Below, piece by piece: positions 36,459 through 51,100 of a stretch of DNA of 64,000 nucleotides; the first letter of the stretch is position 1, and each line of letters begins with the position of its first letter. Position numbers and translations under genes: made by a program. The notes beneath the pieces are model-generated. The model ran no database searches, had not been told where the DNA came from, and was given only the letters and a program-made list of their open reading frames with translations. Source of the stretch: Raillietiella orientalis (lineage: Eukaryota); the NCBI GenBank assembly GCA_036172245.1, contig JAYWIR010000003.1:5456001-5520000 (forward strand), written 5' to 3'.

Positions 36459-39043
36459 AGTTTCCCTCTACAGCAGCTACCTTTTGTGCATCGGCACGGA
36501 TGGTCTCCCAACCTGAAAAGAGCGGCAGCAAACCTTTATAACCTTTCCGAACCATCGTCTTAAGCCATTGGCGCCAAGGCACCGTCGCGAGCTTCGTCTC
36601 CCCATCTCAAATCTCCTTTATGTCAGTAGTTTACCCACCTTCGCCGACACCATCATTCCAGGAGTAAGCGCCAGAAGTAGATGCGCTTGCCTATGGCCCT
36701 CCGCAGAAGGGTTACTCTCTCTTTAATGGTCGGACTCCATTCCCTGTTCTCGAATCCTCAGTGCTCAGCAGAAGCCAAGCATTCCTGATAACAGGAAGAT
36801 GCACGACGGGCTCACGAAGCCTTGTTGTTGTTGTTGATGATGATGCATTGTTATTCCTCTTGATCATAGGTACCGCCAGGTTTTCCCAGAAGGAAGTTCA
36901 GCTATCTAAGAAGAACAAAATTCTTTCGGCTTAGGCCAAAGGAAGCAAAGAAATGCAAGCGTCCCAGACCACTTCTTGGATGGCGCTCGAGCTGAAGGAA
37001 TGCACTTTTAACTCACACCAAGTATACCGGAAATGTTGAGGAAAGTGGTGCCGGACCCCCAGGAAGGTCTTTCCTACACGAGACTGCATGTTCGCGAGCC
37101 GACAGCGAGCAAGATGTGGTGGAGGAGAAGATGTTCAAAGGTCCCTTCGCGGAAGCTGGTCACTCTGAAGGAGGCTTCGAGACTCATCCTGATGGTGGAT
37201 TTGCTTCTTCGAAAGGGTAACAAGAGCTTTGGGATACTCGAATGCACGTCAATGCTAAGAGCCAATGAACTCGGGATGAAATGCCTGAGCACTTCCAAGG
37301 AAGAATGATTTTCTTCTCTCCACTGGCCTAAAAATTGTAGGGAAATCCAAACCATGCACGCCGAAAGATGGAAATTGCAGCTCGGCTATTCGAAAGCTCT
37401 GCCTATGAATCCTCTTGACGCGAACCTCTTGCGCCATCTTGCGAATTTTTTTGAAACTCCATCTGTATTTCCTCGGTGCACCCTTTTTGCCTTCATTCGA
37501 ACTCTCCCTCATTGGTCTAAAATTTCGTTCCTCTGTTATACCCAGAATTTTTATGGTAGGTTTTTAAGATTTTTAAATAAGATTCTAAAGGAAACACTCG
37601 GGCGACCATTCATCATTTTTCCCCTCGCTTCCCTTTGCATCCTTCACTGAAGCACCTCTGTCGGCAAAAAAAGCAGAATGAATCGAATTTTATGAAACAT
37701 CGTCCGCTCTCTATGTCCATTTTGAAATGGTATCCTCTCATCGAGAAGTTTCCAAAATGCTCGCTGAAAGTAGGAAGGCAGCTTTCCTGGAAAGAGCCTC
37801 CTTCACCGCATGGAGAGGAAAATTCGTTCCGGAAAATCGCGTTGGTTTCTGGAAGTCCGGATGAGACCTCCGCCTAAAAGAAAGAAAAGCCCTGTCTACA
37901 TCAGCCCTTCTTTCTCTGTCAAAATCAAACAGGAAGAAGGAAAGAATGAAAAAAAATGAAACGACAGCACTCTTTCTGCAGCTGAGTTACGAAATGCACT
38001 TCTTCGGCTGCCATGATAATGACTTTTTCTGGAATCAAAGGTCATGGTGTTACGATGCTTCCCAGTGAGATTTGGAAGTAACCTTGAAAATGCTTCCGTG
38101 TCTTCCCGGGCCGGCTGCCACTCAAAGTGAATCATGCTATGGGAAAGCAAACCTGTAACATGGCATGCATTCATATCCTGGAAGACATTGACAAACTCTG
38201 CAAGCAATACCCTCCTCCGGGAGAGCACCGGAAAACTCTACTGATTGGTCTCCACTCCTGCAATGTTTCCAGTCACTAGATCATCCAGAGAGCGATGTGA
38301 GGAGGACTACTCAGAGATGCTCCCATGTCATGGGAGCGCATCATCCTATTGTCCTCCGCTTGATATTTATTCCTATTTGACGCTCCCATTTTTTTTCACC
38401 ATCCAGCCAAGTGCTCTTTAGGAAGCTCGAAAAAACGAGATCCTATTCAAGGACGTGAAGACGACTTATGTCAGTGATCTTCTGGATGCCAAACTTTAGG
38501 GCGCTTGCGTGATATCTGGGTACTGGTGATTCCTGGTGACGGACTCGGAGCTGCGCTCCAATGTAGCCAGGTTTTTCTCCTTCTCCCTCTCAGCATCTTC
38601 CCTTGGATGAAGCCCCCTTGACTGGTACTGCTCCGCGAAGCAAAACGATCGCCGACATTCACCCAAGAGGCGTCAGCCCGAACGAAAGAGGGGCGAATTC
38701 TGAAAAGTTCCATTTTCCTGGATCACCCAACACTTGTAGCGTCACGTGGGCTGTGGGGGGCACACAGCGGCGTTCTGAACTCCGCTCGACAGAGAACTCA
38801 CAGAGTAGGGGAATAGGGCGATGATTCCTTCGTCACTCAGCACTGGCTGGGGGGCTGTCCAAAACAGCGATTCACAGCGCGCCCGAACCAATTCTGCTGC
38901 CCACCGTAGAAAAAAAAAGAAGGCTGCAAGGAAGTTATCAGGTGCAGGGGAAAAGTAACGGTTGATTTCGGACGAAGACCTTGAGAGCGGGGATAGTTTT
39001 AGAACAGACCATTTTAGAATCCAGCGCTCTGAATGATGACTAA

Positions 39044-39091
39044 TATTTATAGAGATCACTGTATTTATAGAGACCACTTATATTTATAGAC
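39044..39091. repeat. Three tandem 18-19-bp units (tatttatagagaycact)
   Basis: tatttataga recurs three times. Confidence 0.8.
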
Positions 39092-42000
39092 AGTTGGACA
39101 TATCGTAAAACTTTCGTAGTCCTGAGTGAAGCACGCTGAAATCTGGAAGGTAACCTGGGAAACCGGGATGGGTTTACATCCCTAAACGACGGTCGCTGTT
39201 CACGTTGCGATACCTCGATCCAGTTGCACTCGCTCCAGCAATGAAAGGCCCCTCAACTTATGCTGATAAGAACCTTACTTAAGATGAGGCAAAAAAGGAT
39301 TTTTTTTTTTTCGCCTCATCCGACTTGATCCCCGAGGCTGCAACGGTCGCAGCGCAGTCTTCTCATCCCTTTCATTAGAAAGGGATGAGATGCTCAAGAT
39401 ATCCACGAAATTCACAGCAGCGACTCGGCCAGACGACTATCCGGACTGTGCGAACCAACGTGCGAAAGAAGTCAAGGAAAAAGTGCATCCTTCCTGCACG
39501 ACAGCACTGAGCAGGACTTCGACGTGGCAGAGACCAAGTTGCGTCTCTCTCTTTGATCGACAGTAACAAAGCAATCGAAAATCAAAGTGATGACACTGAT
39601 CAAAGGATGGGGAAACCGGAAATTGCATCTGGTCGCGAGATGCATCGTTTCCCCCTAGAAGAGCTGCACCTGCTTCTGCACGAATCGCTGCTTTTCCAGG
39701 CAAGTGCAAAAGATACGTGACGGCCCACCGCAGCGATCCCGTGCTTCTCGATTAGCAAGTGCTTCCCGGTGACTGAGAAATTCCCGAAAGAAAGCGAATC
39801 CCTTCTAGAGATCCTCGAAATATCGGGGTTTCGAAGGGGACGCGTCAGTTGCATTCTGGCCACTGTGCATTCTTCTTTCGGTTCCTTCCCCTGGGTTCTG
39901 AAGAGTGAAGAAAGGTAACGAGACACCCGCTCCTGTTTCCCTCTGGCATAAAAGGGTTCATAGTTTTTGAGAAAGTTTGATTTTTTTTCCTTTTTCCACA
40001 GCACCCTCTGCGGCTGGGAGGAGCGTTGCAGGCTTAGTGAAGACCTCATACCAAACCAAGAAGCAGACGAGATTTCACTTCGTTCACCCTGAGGACTCGC
40101 CTGGATGGTCACCGCTCCCGCAGAAAAGTGAAACCCAGTGCAAGAAGGAGTAAGTGTGCGCAGGAACCGGAGCTCGACGTAAGGAACACGGGCTGAGTTC
40201 AGAAGACAAAAGCGGCGGAAGTCGCTGCCTCGAACCGCGATGGCACGAGACCATCAGATGGAGGTGTGTCCACTGCTTGTCAGCCGCGGCATCTCTGGAA
40301 AGAGGTGTCCCCCGACCGCCCCGTTTACCTCACGACAGGTAAATCCAGCTTGTCGCTCTCCTGAGAGTGACAGGATCCCGGTCTATTCCTTTCGAGAACG
40401 CCCCATGGTCTCGCAATAAATCTTTCAGTGGAATTTGTGCAACGGAAAGTTCGAACAATCTAGGAAGAAGATGCTGATCTCAAAGATCAGGGGAGTCAGG
40501 GGCCTGCGAGGGGCTTGATGGAATGAACGCAAGGAAATTCGGGGATGTTTTCATTGGGCAAAGGAAATTGAACCGTGGAGAAACTCAAGCAGATGACTGA
40601 TCATCTGCTTGATTCAATATTTCCCCTTTCGCACACATACGAAGAGGTTTCGTGTGCTGGTGAAGGAAAACAGAGTGAAAGTTCTGAGGTTCGATGAAGG
40701 AGAAAAGCTGGACCAAAATAAAAGCATCCCTCGAGGAAACTCCATGAAGGTATGGATATGAGCCACGATCCAAATCAGAGCGAAAAGACTCTTTGAACAC
40801 TATAGTAAAACTCGTGGTTCAATCAGTCATCGCCTCCAAGTGCCATGCATTCCCCGGAGCCCCCCTAGTAATTCAGGTTTCTCGACCATCGTCCCGCATT
40901 CCCTGCATGAAACGATTCGTGTCTGCATCGTTCCATTCGTGAGTTTCCAGATCAAAACGGTTAATCCTTTCACAGCACATGGGCGCTTCGGACGTACCAG
41001 AAACACGGTGGCATAAGTATCCTCAGTAGACGGATCGCATGTTGCATCTTCAATAGGTCCGTACGCAGCATCTTTAAGATTTAGGATACAAACCTTTGCG
41101 TTCGTGTGGAAAGCCCGTAGGTACGTACAAACTAAAGTGACACACATTCGTGTAGCAGCACAACTTGACAGCTTAAATAAGGCTCTCACGCATGAAAAAA
41201 GGCCCTTAAAATAGGGACTGATGCTGTAAATCAAAGGTTTATGTGATGAGTGGAGATGGAAATTTACGTCGGTTCATTTCAAAGAAGAAAGAACGGACGC
41301 GACATTACAAAGAGTGAGGGAAGGATTTCTCTCTCTCTGTCTCTCTTTCTTCCCCGTAGAATCATGCAGTTGAAGCCTCAACCAAGGTATTCTAAAAGTC
41401 TGGATTCCAATCGCTGGATTAGATCACGAATAATGATGATGAAACAAAGGCATAAGATAAAAGAGATAATTTACGACGCCAGACTTGAAAATCAATTTGC
41501 AAGGAGGAAGAAGAGGAGACGTCCGAGGAGCATACGGGAGACAGCGTATGACCAACCAACGTGAACGACGTGAGCATTTCGAAACGCGTCGTGATTGCAG
41601 GTCATGGAGATGCAAAACAAGGAACCGTAGGTACCCATGAGCCCTCATTAGTCATGAACTCGATGGATCATGGAGCTGAAATTAGTGAGGCTCAAAGAGA
41701 AGATCCCGAGTCAGCTACACCGCCCATGCGGTGAGGAGGACATCAGATCTCAGGGACATCCAAGAACGAAAAAGACGAAAATCATGAATTCGACTTTCTT
41801 CATCAAGAGAAGCTCACGTGTCTCACGGAAACACATGAAGCTATTCATCTGCGAAGGGAATAAGAGGGCAACGGCATCTGATAAACAAAAATTAGTGCTC
41901 TTCTCATCTCTGGATGCAAAACCATCCAGCGCTCGTAAGATGCTCAGTAAAACATCCTTTCACGATTATCAGTTGATTTTTCTCCGAAAAGCTCCATTGA

Positions 42001-42299
42001 AAATTGCAACTAAATTTGCACTCGAGTTTCGCTTGCACATCTTAATTATTTAATAAGTTAATAGCGCTGATTGGGAAATGCATCCACGTAGGAAGGAAAT
42101 CCATTTTTGTTAGTGCATAGGAATTTATCCGAGGAGCGGAGGATCTCTCAACCTTAGCAGCAGAGAAGTGCAGAAGACGAAGAGATGCAAAGCTATGGAA
42201 GAATTAGAAACTGATACATGCTTCCGAGTATCTATCAAAGCGAATAATGGGGTCAAACGCGTAATTGGTCCCATGGACGTATAAAAAAGTTTCTCTCGA

Positions 42300-43100
42300 A
42301 ACTCCTTAAGTCTAATGAAATGCGACCCTTATCATCAAAAAAATATATTTTCGGATGAGAAGATCGAAAGTCTGGATGGAAGCAGACAAGAGCATAAAAT
42401 CAATTCGGGACGCTTGGGTGCGCATTTCTTAGGTTATGAGCAAAAGATTGAGCCGTCACGAAACGATAAAAGTCAGCATCCTGCAGTACTTGAGCCGACA
42501 TGTTTTACGTCCGCATTAAAGAACCTAAGATGTGGTTTCGGCATCCCCAAGTAGTCCGTTTGCCTACGGAAAGCCTGACAGCACCACTTGATCAAATTCC
42601 AACCATGCCAAAGCACGGCTTGTGGGAAGCTGAGGGAAACAGCAAGTCGAATTTTGCAAAACCGGAAGGAAGTGCGCACGCGTCAACGTGGAGATCATCT
42701 AACAAAGGTGACCTTTAGACTGGAAGGACAAAACGACCTTGTGACAGCGCGCTACGAGATGCACAGCACCAATCCCGGCTACCGTGACGAAATTGAAGGC
42801 AGAATGTTTAAGATGGGTCGGGATGCAAGTCCGGAGGCGCGAGAGGGTTGGACGGTTTGACTGCAACTTAGCAACGGCTCCAGCGCATGGAATAAAATCT
42901 GTTGGAAAACCATTCAGCACATCGAAGTGTCATCCCTGAAAGCAACTGTGAAGAACGACAAAAGCCTTCAAGAAACGGTGAAATGATGGAAGCAAGGAAA
43001 TCGTTACCCTAGGGTCGCCGCCGTGAACTCTGTGACTTTCCCACTTCTTCAGTTGACACACATCCTTCTTCAGAGCAAAAAAGCCTGGAAATCACAACCA
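42300..43100 (+). mobile_element. Decayed Tc1/mariner-superfamily (rosa/maT-like) transposase relic
   Basis: NIFSDEKIESLDG (first catalytic Asp motif FSDE), RCG (cf. VWCG), VTARYEM (cf. VNxxRYxxM), ATAPAH (cf. DGAPAH), PRVAAVNSVTF (cf. PRSPDLNPxDF), in the correct order with frameshifts. Confidence 0.5.
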
Positions 43101-43881
43101 GCAAGTTTCCGGTCATTCTGCAGATGTCTGTCTTCCGCGGAATATGGTGTTTGAATTCTAAGAACTGCCGCTTTCAACCAATGTTGCCACTTTTTTTTTG
43201 TTTATTCATGTTACTCTACTTAATACTTTATTTTGGCTTGATGCAATGGTTTACTCTGATGTGCACAACTACGCCAAGTCTGTGAAAACTGCATTGCAGA
43301 TATTGTAATATCGCAACAACGAATTGTCTGCGTCTTCTGATCAACATACTTGAGTGGTAATGCTGGCAGGAGGGGTTCTTGGACAACATGTGCTATAAAC
43401 GGACGATAAGACTTGAGCAGACGAGTCCAGAAGTTCTTGCTGAGCTGATCTTATTTAATCAGTTGATTTTACCACCCGACGCTGTCCCCCATCCAACCTT
43501 GAGCAGTCGACCACTCGGAGGTTGCATTCCGACGTGAATGCAGCACGGAATGCCCGTAGTTGAGGCGATCCGACAAGAAAATTTTTGAGAAAAAAAATAA
43601 ACTGCTTGTCCATCTCACATCACTCAGCAGAATGCTGCTGTTGAAAACATTCCAATCAGTTCCTTTCGGCAAGCAGAGCTGCTGACATAAGTGGAAACAT
43701 CCTTCATTTGCATCACATGCAACTCTTAAGCCATCCATTTTTTTTCATCTGCTAACTGAGTATCAGGCTGATTGAAGGAGTGTTTCCATGGTTCAAGAGC
43801 ATGCATAGGATGCATGAAATGCATCCATTGCATGATAAATCCGAGCGGAAAGTGGGAAACGCCAACAGCATTTAGCCCGCG

Positions 43882-44465
43882 TCGGAGGCCGTGTGGTTAC
43901 GGTGGTCTCCGCGCGTGGCACCATGCGTCGTGGGTTCGAATACACCGAAGGAATCGACGCAGTGCGTCGTGGGTCCTGAATTCGCCCCACGAGATGACGC
44001 TGGCGGCCTACATTCATCCGGGTGCGGCACTGGTAGCGGTTAAAACCGGATGCTCCCCTATGAGGGCCCGGACAATGCGAGTAGACCTCCTTGTCCTCCC
44101 AGGAATCAAGGAGTGGGGAGTTGCTCCCCTCCAGTTGTGCAAAGGAAGGCAGACCCCCCAGTGTGGAAGACCCCTCCGCGTCGCACAGATGGAGTGGGCG
44201 TGTCGCCATTTCTCCAGAGAGTGCAGAGAAGCGAGCCGATCCTTTCAGGGAACCAGCGCCCCTCTGAAGAAGCGTCCCTTCTGGATTCTCTTCAGAGGAG
44301 TAAAAACAGGAGCGGATCCCTCCGGAGAAGAAATTCCAGGATCGGATCCTTTCCGGGTTCCCTTCGGAGAAGAAAGAATGGAGCGGACTCCCGGGGGGTC
44401 CTTCGGAGAGAATAAGGAAGGCGATTCTTTTCTGGATTCCCCACGCTACCCGAGGGTGCGTGTAG
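43882..44465 (+). mobile_element. tRNA-headed SINE-like element, copy B (left arm of an inverted pair)
   Basis: A-box-like TGGTTACGGTGG and B-box GGTTCGAATAC (43933-43943). Homologous to copy A and, in reverse complement, to copy C. Confidence 0.75.
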
Positions 44466-44469
44466 TTCT

Positions 44470-45162
44470 TCAAGATTGGGAATACCCCAGGAGGGGTCCG
44501 CCCTATGAATCCAGGAATGGACCCGGAGTCCGTTCCTCCTCCGCCTGGGGAGGGATCGCCGAAATGGAGATCACCATCACCCCGGTTGTCTCCGAAGGGA
44601 ACACCGAAAGGAACCACCTCTTCCCTATACTCTCGGGAAGGTCCGCTCATTTTTTCTTCTCCGAAGGGAACCCGGAAAGGACACGCTAGTAAGTATATCT
44701 TCTCCGGAGGGATCCCACAAGGGGACGTTTCCTGTTTACTCCTCTGAAGAGAACCCGAAAGGGACGCTTCCGAAATTCAGAAGGGCACTGCTTCCCCGAA
44801 AGGATCGGCTCGCTTCTCTGCACTCTCTGGAGAAATGGCGACACGCCCACTCCATCTGTGCGACGCGGAGGGGTCTTCCACACTGGGGGGTCTGCCTTCC
44901 TTTGCCCAACTGGAGGGGAGCAACTCCCCACTCCTTGATTCCTGGGAGGACACGGAGGTCTACTCCCATTGTCCCGGCCCTCATCGAGGGCATCCTATTT
45001 GAACCGCTACCAGTGCCGCATTTGGATGGATGTAGGCCAGCCAGCATCATCTTGCAGGAGGAACTCGAACCCACGAAGCACAGCGTCAATTTCTTCTCTG
45101 CGGAGTATTCGAACCCGCACGACGCTTGGCAGTGCCACTTGCGCTGACCACAAAGTCTCCGA
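44470..45162 (-). mobile_element. tRNA-headed SINE-like element, copy C (right arm, tail-to-tail with copy B)
   Basis: Reverse complement begins tcggagactttgtggtc and has two B-box-like motifs (gggttcgaatac, gggttcgagttcc). The track shows the same peptide (GIKEWGVAPLQL...REASRSF) on both strands. Its 3' end matches the 3' end of copy A. Confidence 0.75.
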
Positions 45163-48100
45163 TCCTCGCACCCCCGCCTCCCCCAGGCATCAAACAGGTT
45201 CTCTTGGGCTGATCGAGATGGTGGAGAAACATTTCTGTGATTACTGTCCAAAATCGAAACGCTACCTTCTTATCGGACGACTGATTCCAATCACTGATGC
45301 CAATGAGCACGCTGTATCCACACACTCTCGTGTGGATGATTATTGAAACATGGGATGTCCCGAATGTAATTTTGAATACATCGAATCGCTGCAAGGCTAG
45401 GAGAACACATGTCAAAAGTTTTTTTTTTTTTTGATAGTATCTGTCACCTGAATAAACTTTGACATTTCTAATCAAGCCGGAAATTGATCCAGAAAACACG
45501 GATGGATGCTCGTGTCCAAATGAGTTTCCAGCAGAATGAAAAAACAAGGGAAGCCATGATAGAAATACAGGGATAAAAGCATATATAAAAAGAGTGGATT
45601 CCTTAAGTGGTTCCGTCACAGCACTGAGGTTGCTCTGATGACTCCTCACAAAACGGAAGATAAATCATGAAGCCAACCGGGAGATCACAAGCCCTTGGAA
45701 GCGTAGTTTTCTGTATAGTATACAGAAACCATGGGGACTCCCCACGCGACCGGAATCTCGCGTTGGCCTTCGTCGGTCAAAGTTTGGAGAGGATTGAAGG
45801 TGCTCAGCTTTCCGTCGCGTAGCATTTCCGTCAGCGAAACGTCAAGAGCAAGGTGGTTAGGTTCGAGCACATGAACTTTTGAGGCATCTCTCGAACACTG
45901 GAAAACACTGAAAAACCAATCATCTCGTTCAATAGGGGATTTCTCTTCTCTTCGGGTCAAACGAGATGTAGCCGTGACGTGTGACGCCGCTCGTGATAGC
46001 CCGCTTGAACGTCGCCGCATTGGAAGGAGTCACAGGGCTGTTAGGACCAGCATCCCTCGGAGTGTTTCTTGAGCTGTTGAGGAGTGTGCAATGATTTCTA
46101 CGATCATTCTCGAGACCTGTGCAGTGGAACGCACTTGGAACCTCAACCGGTTTCTCTGGCTGGGACTCCCGAAAGACTGCCAACTGAGCTCCCTTCCTCA
46201 AACTTTGCTGAACACCGAGATGAGGGTGATGGTGCAGTGAAATCCTCCAGCAGCTGTGCGCTCCCTCTGCTCTGCAGCCGACATCGATCAGCCAGGCAGA
46301 ATAGCTCCAAGACCAGAATTACTTGCCACTGGGACCTACCTACCTCACTGGGACCTCCGTTCCAACCCATCTATCTAGGAGAGTACTTTGAAGGCTCTCT
46401 GAGGTTCTCCAGGAATCTGATCTTTTTGTGCAATTGAGGCAATTAAGAGTGAGGATAAACTGCTGGAAATGCTTGTGTCTATTCCTGCTTTGCGCGCAGG
46501 ATTGCCTGTATCCCAGAATTCCACGAGCAGCATTCTGCAGCTACTACGGAGGAGTCACTGAAGCATGCGATATTGCATTACTGAATGATGTCATTTTTGC
46601 GTTTAATCACGAATCGAAGACGATCCTCACGATAAATCTTAAGACTGGATAAGGTTGGAAATTCTTTGCCGCTCAGAATGTAGGATTTTTCCTCCTTGAA
46701 TGGGACTTCTTCTTCTCAATTCTTCCTCCGAACTCCTGGAATGTTGGTTCTCTCCCACCGCTACAGTTTCTTTTAATCACGCATCTTCAATCCTCATGTT
46801 CATTCCGCTCCTCAGAGAGCAGGAAATAAGAGAAAAGAAGAGCACGCGGAACGCTCGAAGCGATAACAGCTGCCAGCTCACAAATTCCCTTGTTCCCGTG
46901 TTCCCTATTCCTTGTTTTCTTGTCATCCTGAAAACTGGGTGATGGAAATCTATCCCATATAAAACTCTCACAAGCACAAAGATATTTAGAGTGTAGAGTG
47001 AATGCAGCGTAACGTCACAAAAGTGGGTAGCAAGCCAAAGAGCTAACTGCTGCCCAGGATGAGGATAAGCAGGAGATGCAGCGAAATTAACGAGGAGAAG
47101 AGGTGGTAGAAGGGAATGCCTCGATAGGTTAAGGTGAGATCATAGGCAACAGGCAGTGGGATTTTCCGTGAATGCAGATACAAATTCCCAGTCTTGGAGT
47201 CTTGACAGAGTGATCATGAGTCTGGGAGTACCATTCTCCGCTGACACCTGCTCCGTGACAGCTCCTTCCAAACCGTTCTTGCAAAGCATAAGGTCTCGGC
47301 TGTCTACCCTGCAACTGCAGTCCATCTTCTCTCTAAAGGAAACCAATCTTGTCTTCTGCTCTAAAATAATTTTGCGCGTGACCTCGCAGGTGCATTCACT
47401 CTGGAAAGCGTCTCTACCCGAGAGGACAAAAAATTCAGTACAGACAAAAATTTCCGATGGTTCACAGTTACCTTGATGGAAAACAGTGATGCGAAATAGA
47501 AGAGATGGAACGTGTGGGCAGATTGAACACTTCCAGGGGGAAAAGTCTGAATAAATGATTGGGTCTCCTGATTCGATTCATCAGCTGATTGTAGAGCATG
47601 CTCTCCCAGAAATGCTTCAGAGATAGAGCATTCCTGGTTTCCATGCCAACTTTCAAGGATCCAGCTTTTGGGGACAGTTCCGCCTTGCTCTTTCAGACGA
47701 ATTTGGCGGATAGTTGTGAACTTTCGAGAGCGGAAAGTTACTAGGATACTTTTAAACGTTCTATCTCGTCATCCAGACTGCGCGTCCCACGGTAACGGCG
47801 CAGGTTTGCGATGACTTCGAACCTTGCTGTTCGGGGTTAATTTGGTTTGCAGAAGATAAGGTTGCCATTTCGTTTCCTGGTTGAAGATTACGTAACCAAG
47901 AGAGAGTGACGCTTTTAAAATCCTAAGGTTCGTGGAGAAGCAAATCTCCCATGTTCCCGATATCTTCTAAAAGGAAGAAATCTATCTGTTTTTCCTTTTT
48001 TCCATTTTTTTTCTACTATTCGTTCAATAGAATGATCTGAAGATCCTCGGCGATTTCATTCTTTTCGTCTTTTTCTGCACTCCATCCTCTTCCAGCCAGC

Positions 48101-51100
48101 CTTTCATTTCTTCTCAAGAGTTACACGAACTCATATCATCGACTAGCATCATGTAGCATCCTCCTCAGAACGCCATATATTCCTCCCAGTTTTTTTTCGA
48201 GTCCGAGCAAACCCATGAAAGAAGCAAATTGGGCGTTTCTTCTTCCATCGTTCCGTTTTTAATTTGAACGTCTCTTGAGCGCGTTTAAATGAACCACCTG
48301 CATCCTTGACTCCGGGAAGGACCTATAGGAAAATTTCATCAGCAAGTTCTCATTACCGTCAAGTTATTGCAAACGAAAGTAGAAATTGAATGCCGTCGGC
48401 TTTCATCCCCCTCAAATTGCCAGCGTTGGAATGTTTGTTTGCGCATGGCTGACGTCACCGTATGGATGCATTCCTACGAAAAACACACGAACGATAACCT
48501 GAACGTGTTATGCAAGCAGTGCCGCAGCCCTTCCTCCCAGCGAAAGTGGGGTGGGGAACTGACTCTCCCAACAACACAACAGCCGTCGTCCACGCAAGCC
48601 CCTACAAGAGGTGCTGTCCCGCGTAAGGGTGAAAGCGCCACCACGCTCATCCCGTGCCCCATGTTCTCATCTACAGGGTCGCTTCATTCTATCACGGCCT
48701 GCCGAAACGCAACCTGCGCGTGGACCGCATTTGATCTTCCTCTCGGAAGGGCCAGCGTACCGCCAATCTTCCGCTTTGATGGAGACTCTCCTCATGACTT
48801 TCCTCTCGAGATGCTCGCCTTACCTGTGCAGAAAGTATGGAGTGGTTGCGAGCATCCTCTTAAGGGATCTTGAGAAGTAAGGAAAGGAGGAAGGAAAAAC
48901 CATGAGATGCATAAAATGCGCGCATCTGCATTCATGGCATGGCACGCCCCGAAAAACTAATGCGCGCGCTCAATGGCATCTCCTTGCATGGAGACAAAAA
49001 CATGCGTCTGTTCTGAACCTCGAACACCCCTATGGCAAAATCGTTCCCTGTCGATTCGATTGCTGATCCACGCGTGCAGCAGTGGTAGCTGTGTGAGATA
49101 TGAAATCCTTAGGTAAGCCTGATCAGGCAAGATGTGTTCCAGAATGGGCGGTTCCTTTGAAAAAAATTGCCTGCATTACGGATCTTCTGACGGTTCGGAG
49201 GACAGTGGATCAGGCAGCAGCTCCGAGGATGAGCGCGCTTCTTCGGTAACCAGGGAATCGAGGAAGACTGGATAACTTGCGCTCGTTTGTGTGCACAGGA
49301 AGGCAGCACAATTCCGGCTCTGCTGAAATGGCATCACTGGGAACGCACGTAACCAAAACAATCTTTATTATGGGGATCGTTTGAGAACCGTTTCCGGGAA
49401 TTCGTTCGCCGCCCATCCCAACGTATCCCGGCGTTGCCTGCTGAGACCGGAATAGCTTATTTATCTTGCTTTGCTTCATGCACTGAGCTTCGTGGCGAAA
49501 ACCTTGGGGTACAATTCGCGTCGAGTCGAGAAATCATGCAATTCTTTATGGTCCTCCTCGTCTTCTGGCGGAATTCCTCCCCAAAGCAAGTCAGGAAAGT
49601 GAAACTTATCGTGCTCGAAAGACCAGTAGACTTTCGTGGACTCTCAGGTTCGAAGGTTTAACCTTATGCATGCCCTGGAAGTAAGACTGGTTCAGGATGG
49701 GTTCGTCGTGTGCATCTTTTGATTACTTTGTCCTTAGGACTCATCGTTTCGCTGATGGAAAAAAAAAAAAAAAAAACATGCTTTCCCCCGACTTGATCCG
49801 CTTCAACTCTATCGCGCAAACATTGAAAGAGTTGCATGGATCACCTTGCAAACGATCTTCGGTTTCCAATGCTTGAATGTACCAATAACGAAGAGGAAAG
49901 AACCATTCCAGAGAAACGCCATTGAGCATTTTGTTTTCCCTTTTTTGCTCTTGCCATCCGAGCCATACAAGAACTATTCTACGTTTCTTTCAGTTACTCG
50001 CACAGCAGTCGAACCAGATTTCTATCATCGTTCTTGTAGCTTGAGACACGAGGATGTCACCACGGGAAAGCGACTCAGGTGCACTGGAAACTTCAGTGAA
50101 ACATGGGCTGCTAAAGAGACCGTAGAACAAGGTTTTAGAAACTGGAAGGTACTTACGCAGACATTTGAATTTCCCACGACATTGAAATCTGAGAAAACGG
50201 CGGAAGAGGAAGACAGTGTGGGAGGGAAGTAAAGGGTGGCTGCTTCATTCGGCGAGTCTTCTTTGATAAAATTGGTAGGAAATGGCCGCGGGAGGATGGA
50301 GCGTGATTACCTCCGCACCAGCGACCGCCAAGCTGGCGTCTCGATGCTTCCCCTCTCTGTAGCTAATAAGGAGAATCACCTGAGAACATCCTTTGCTTCA
50401 CAGCTTACAGCTGTTGAGGGATCACAGTCAACATAGATAAGAAAAAGACTGCGAATCCTTACGAAGATTGAGTCGGAGTCTCAATTTATCACCATCATGC
50501 GGACCAATACCTGAAGTGGGAAGCTCGCCGTAGGAATAGGCCACTCCGGAAAGAGCCCTCTGTGCGATCGAAATAGCAGCGGTACAAGACGATTCTCCTT
50601 GCAAGCCTGCGGAGAAGCAAAGTGTGCCAGCACCTCGAGGAAGGCCACACCTTTCAAGCAGCGGAGCGTTCTTCGTGGCCGCGGGGCTCAGAATGGTTTA
50701 TCCTACCAGCATTGGGGCGTCACCGTGGGTGAAGAGCAACGAAGTTCGCTATCTCCTCCGAGATGATTCGATGGCATTATGCCACGAGCTGAGCAGACTC
50801 GAGGAACCACCAAAAACAGGAAAAAAAATGGATGGTGTGAATTTCAATTATCTCCTTGGAGAAGAGGGGTCAAAAGAGCAATGTTTATTGCGTGGTTCTC
50901 AAAGAACGACTTTTATAGAATGCCCGAGGCGGGTCTACTGTTCAACTGTCCATGCCTGTTTTTGCTTTTCTGTTCCCGTTTATCCGCTTTGTATTTGGTT
51001 TGATACTAAAAGCTCCCTTCTGTAGTTTTTTTTTTTCTTTTTTTTCTTTTTTTAGAACAGAGAAGAAGAAAAGTGTTTGATACGAAGCGATCCTTTTCTG

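Noticed and set aside
39283..39320. gatgaggc...gcctcatc hairpin with a T-run resembling an intrinsic terminator
   Set aside because: Only an 8-bp stem around homopolymers, in a eukaryotic context; likely chance.
43772..44689. 305-aa and 285-aa overlapping ORFs, and the matching peptide in ORF 44736-45251
   Set aside because: They arise from the inverted SINE-like pair; no recognisable protein motifs.
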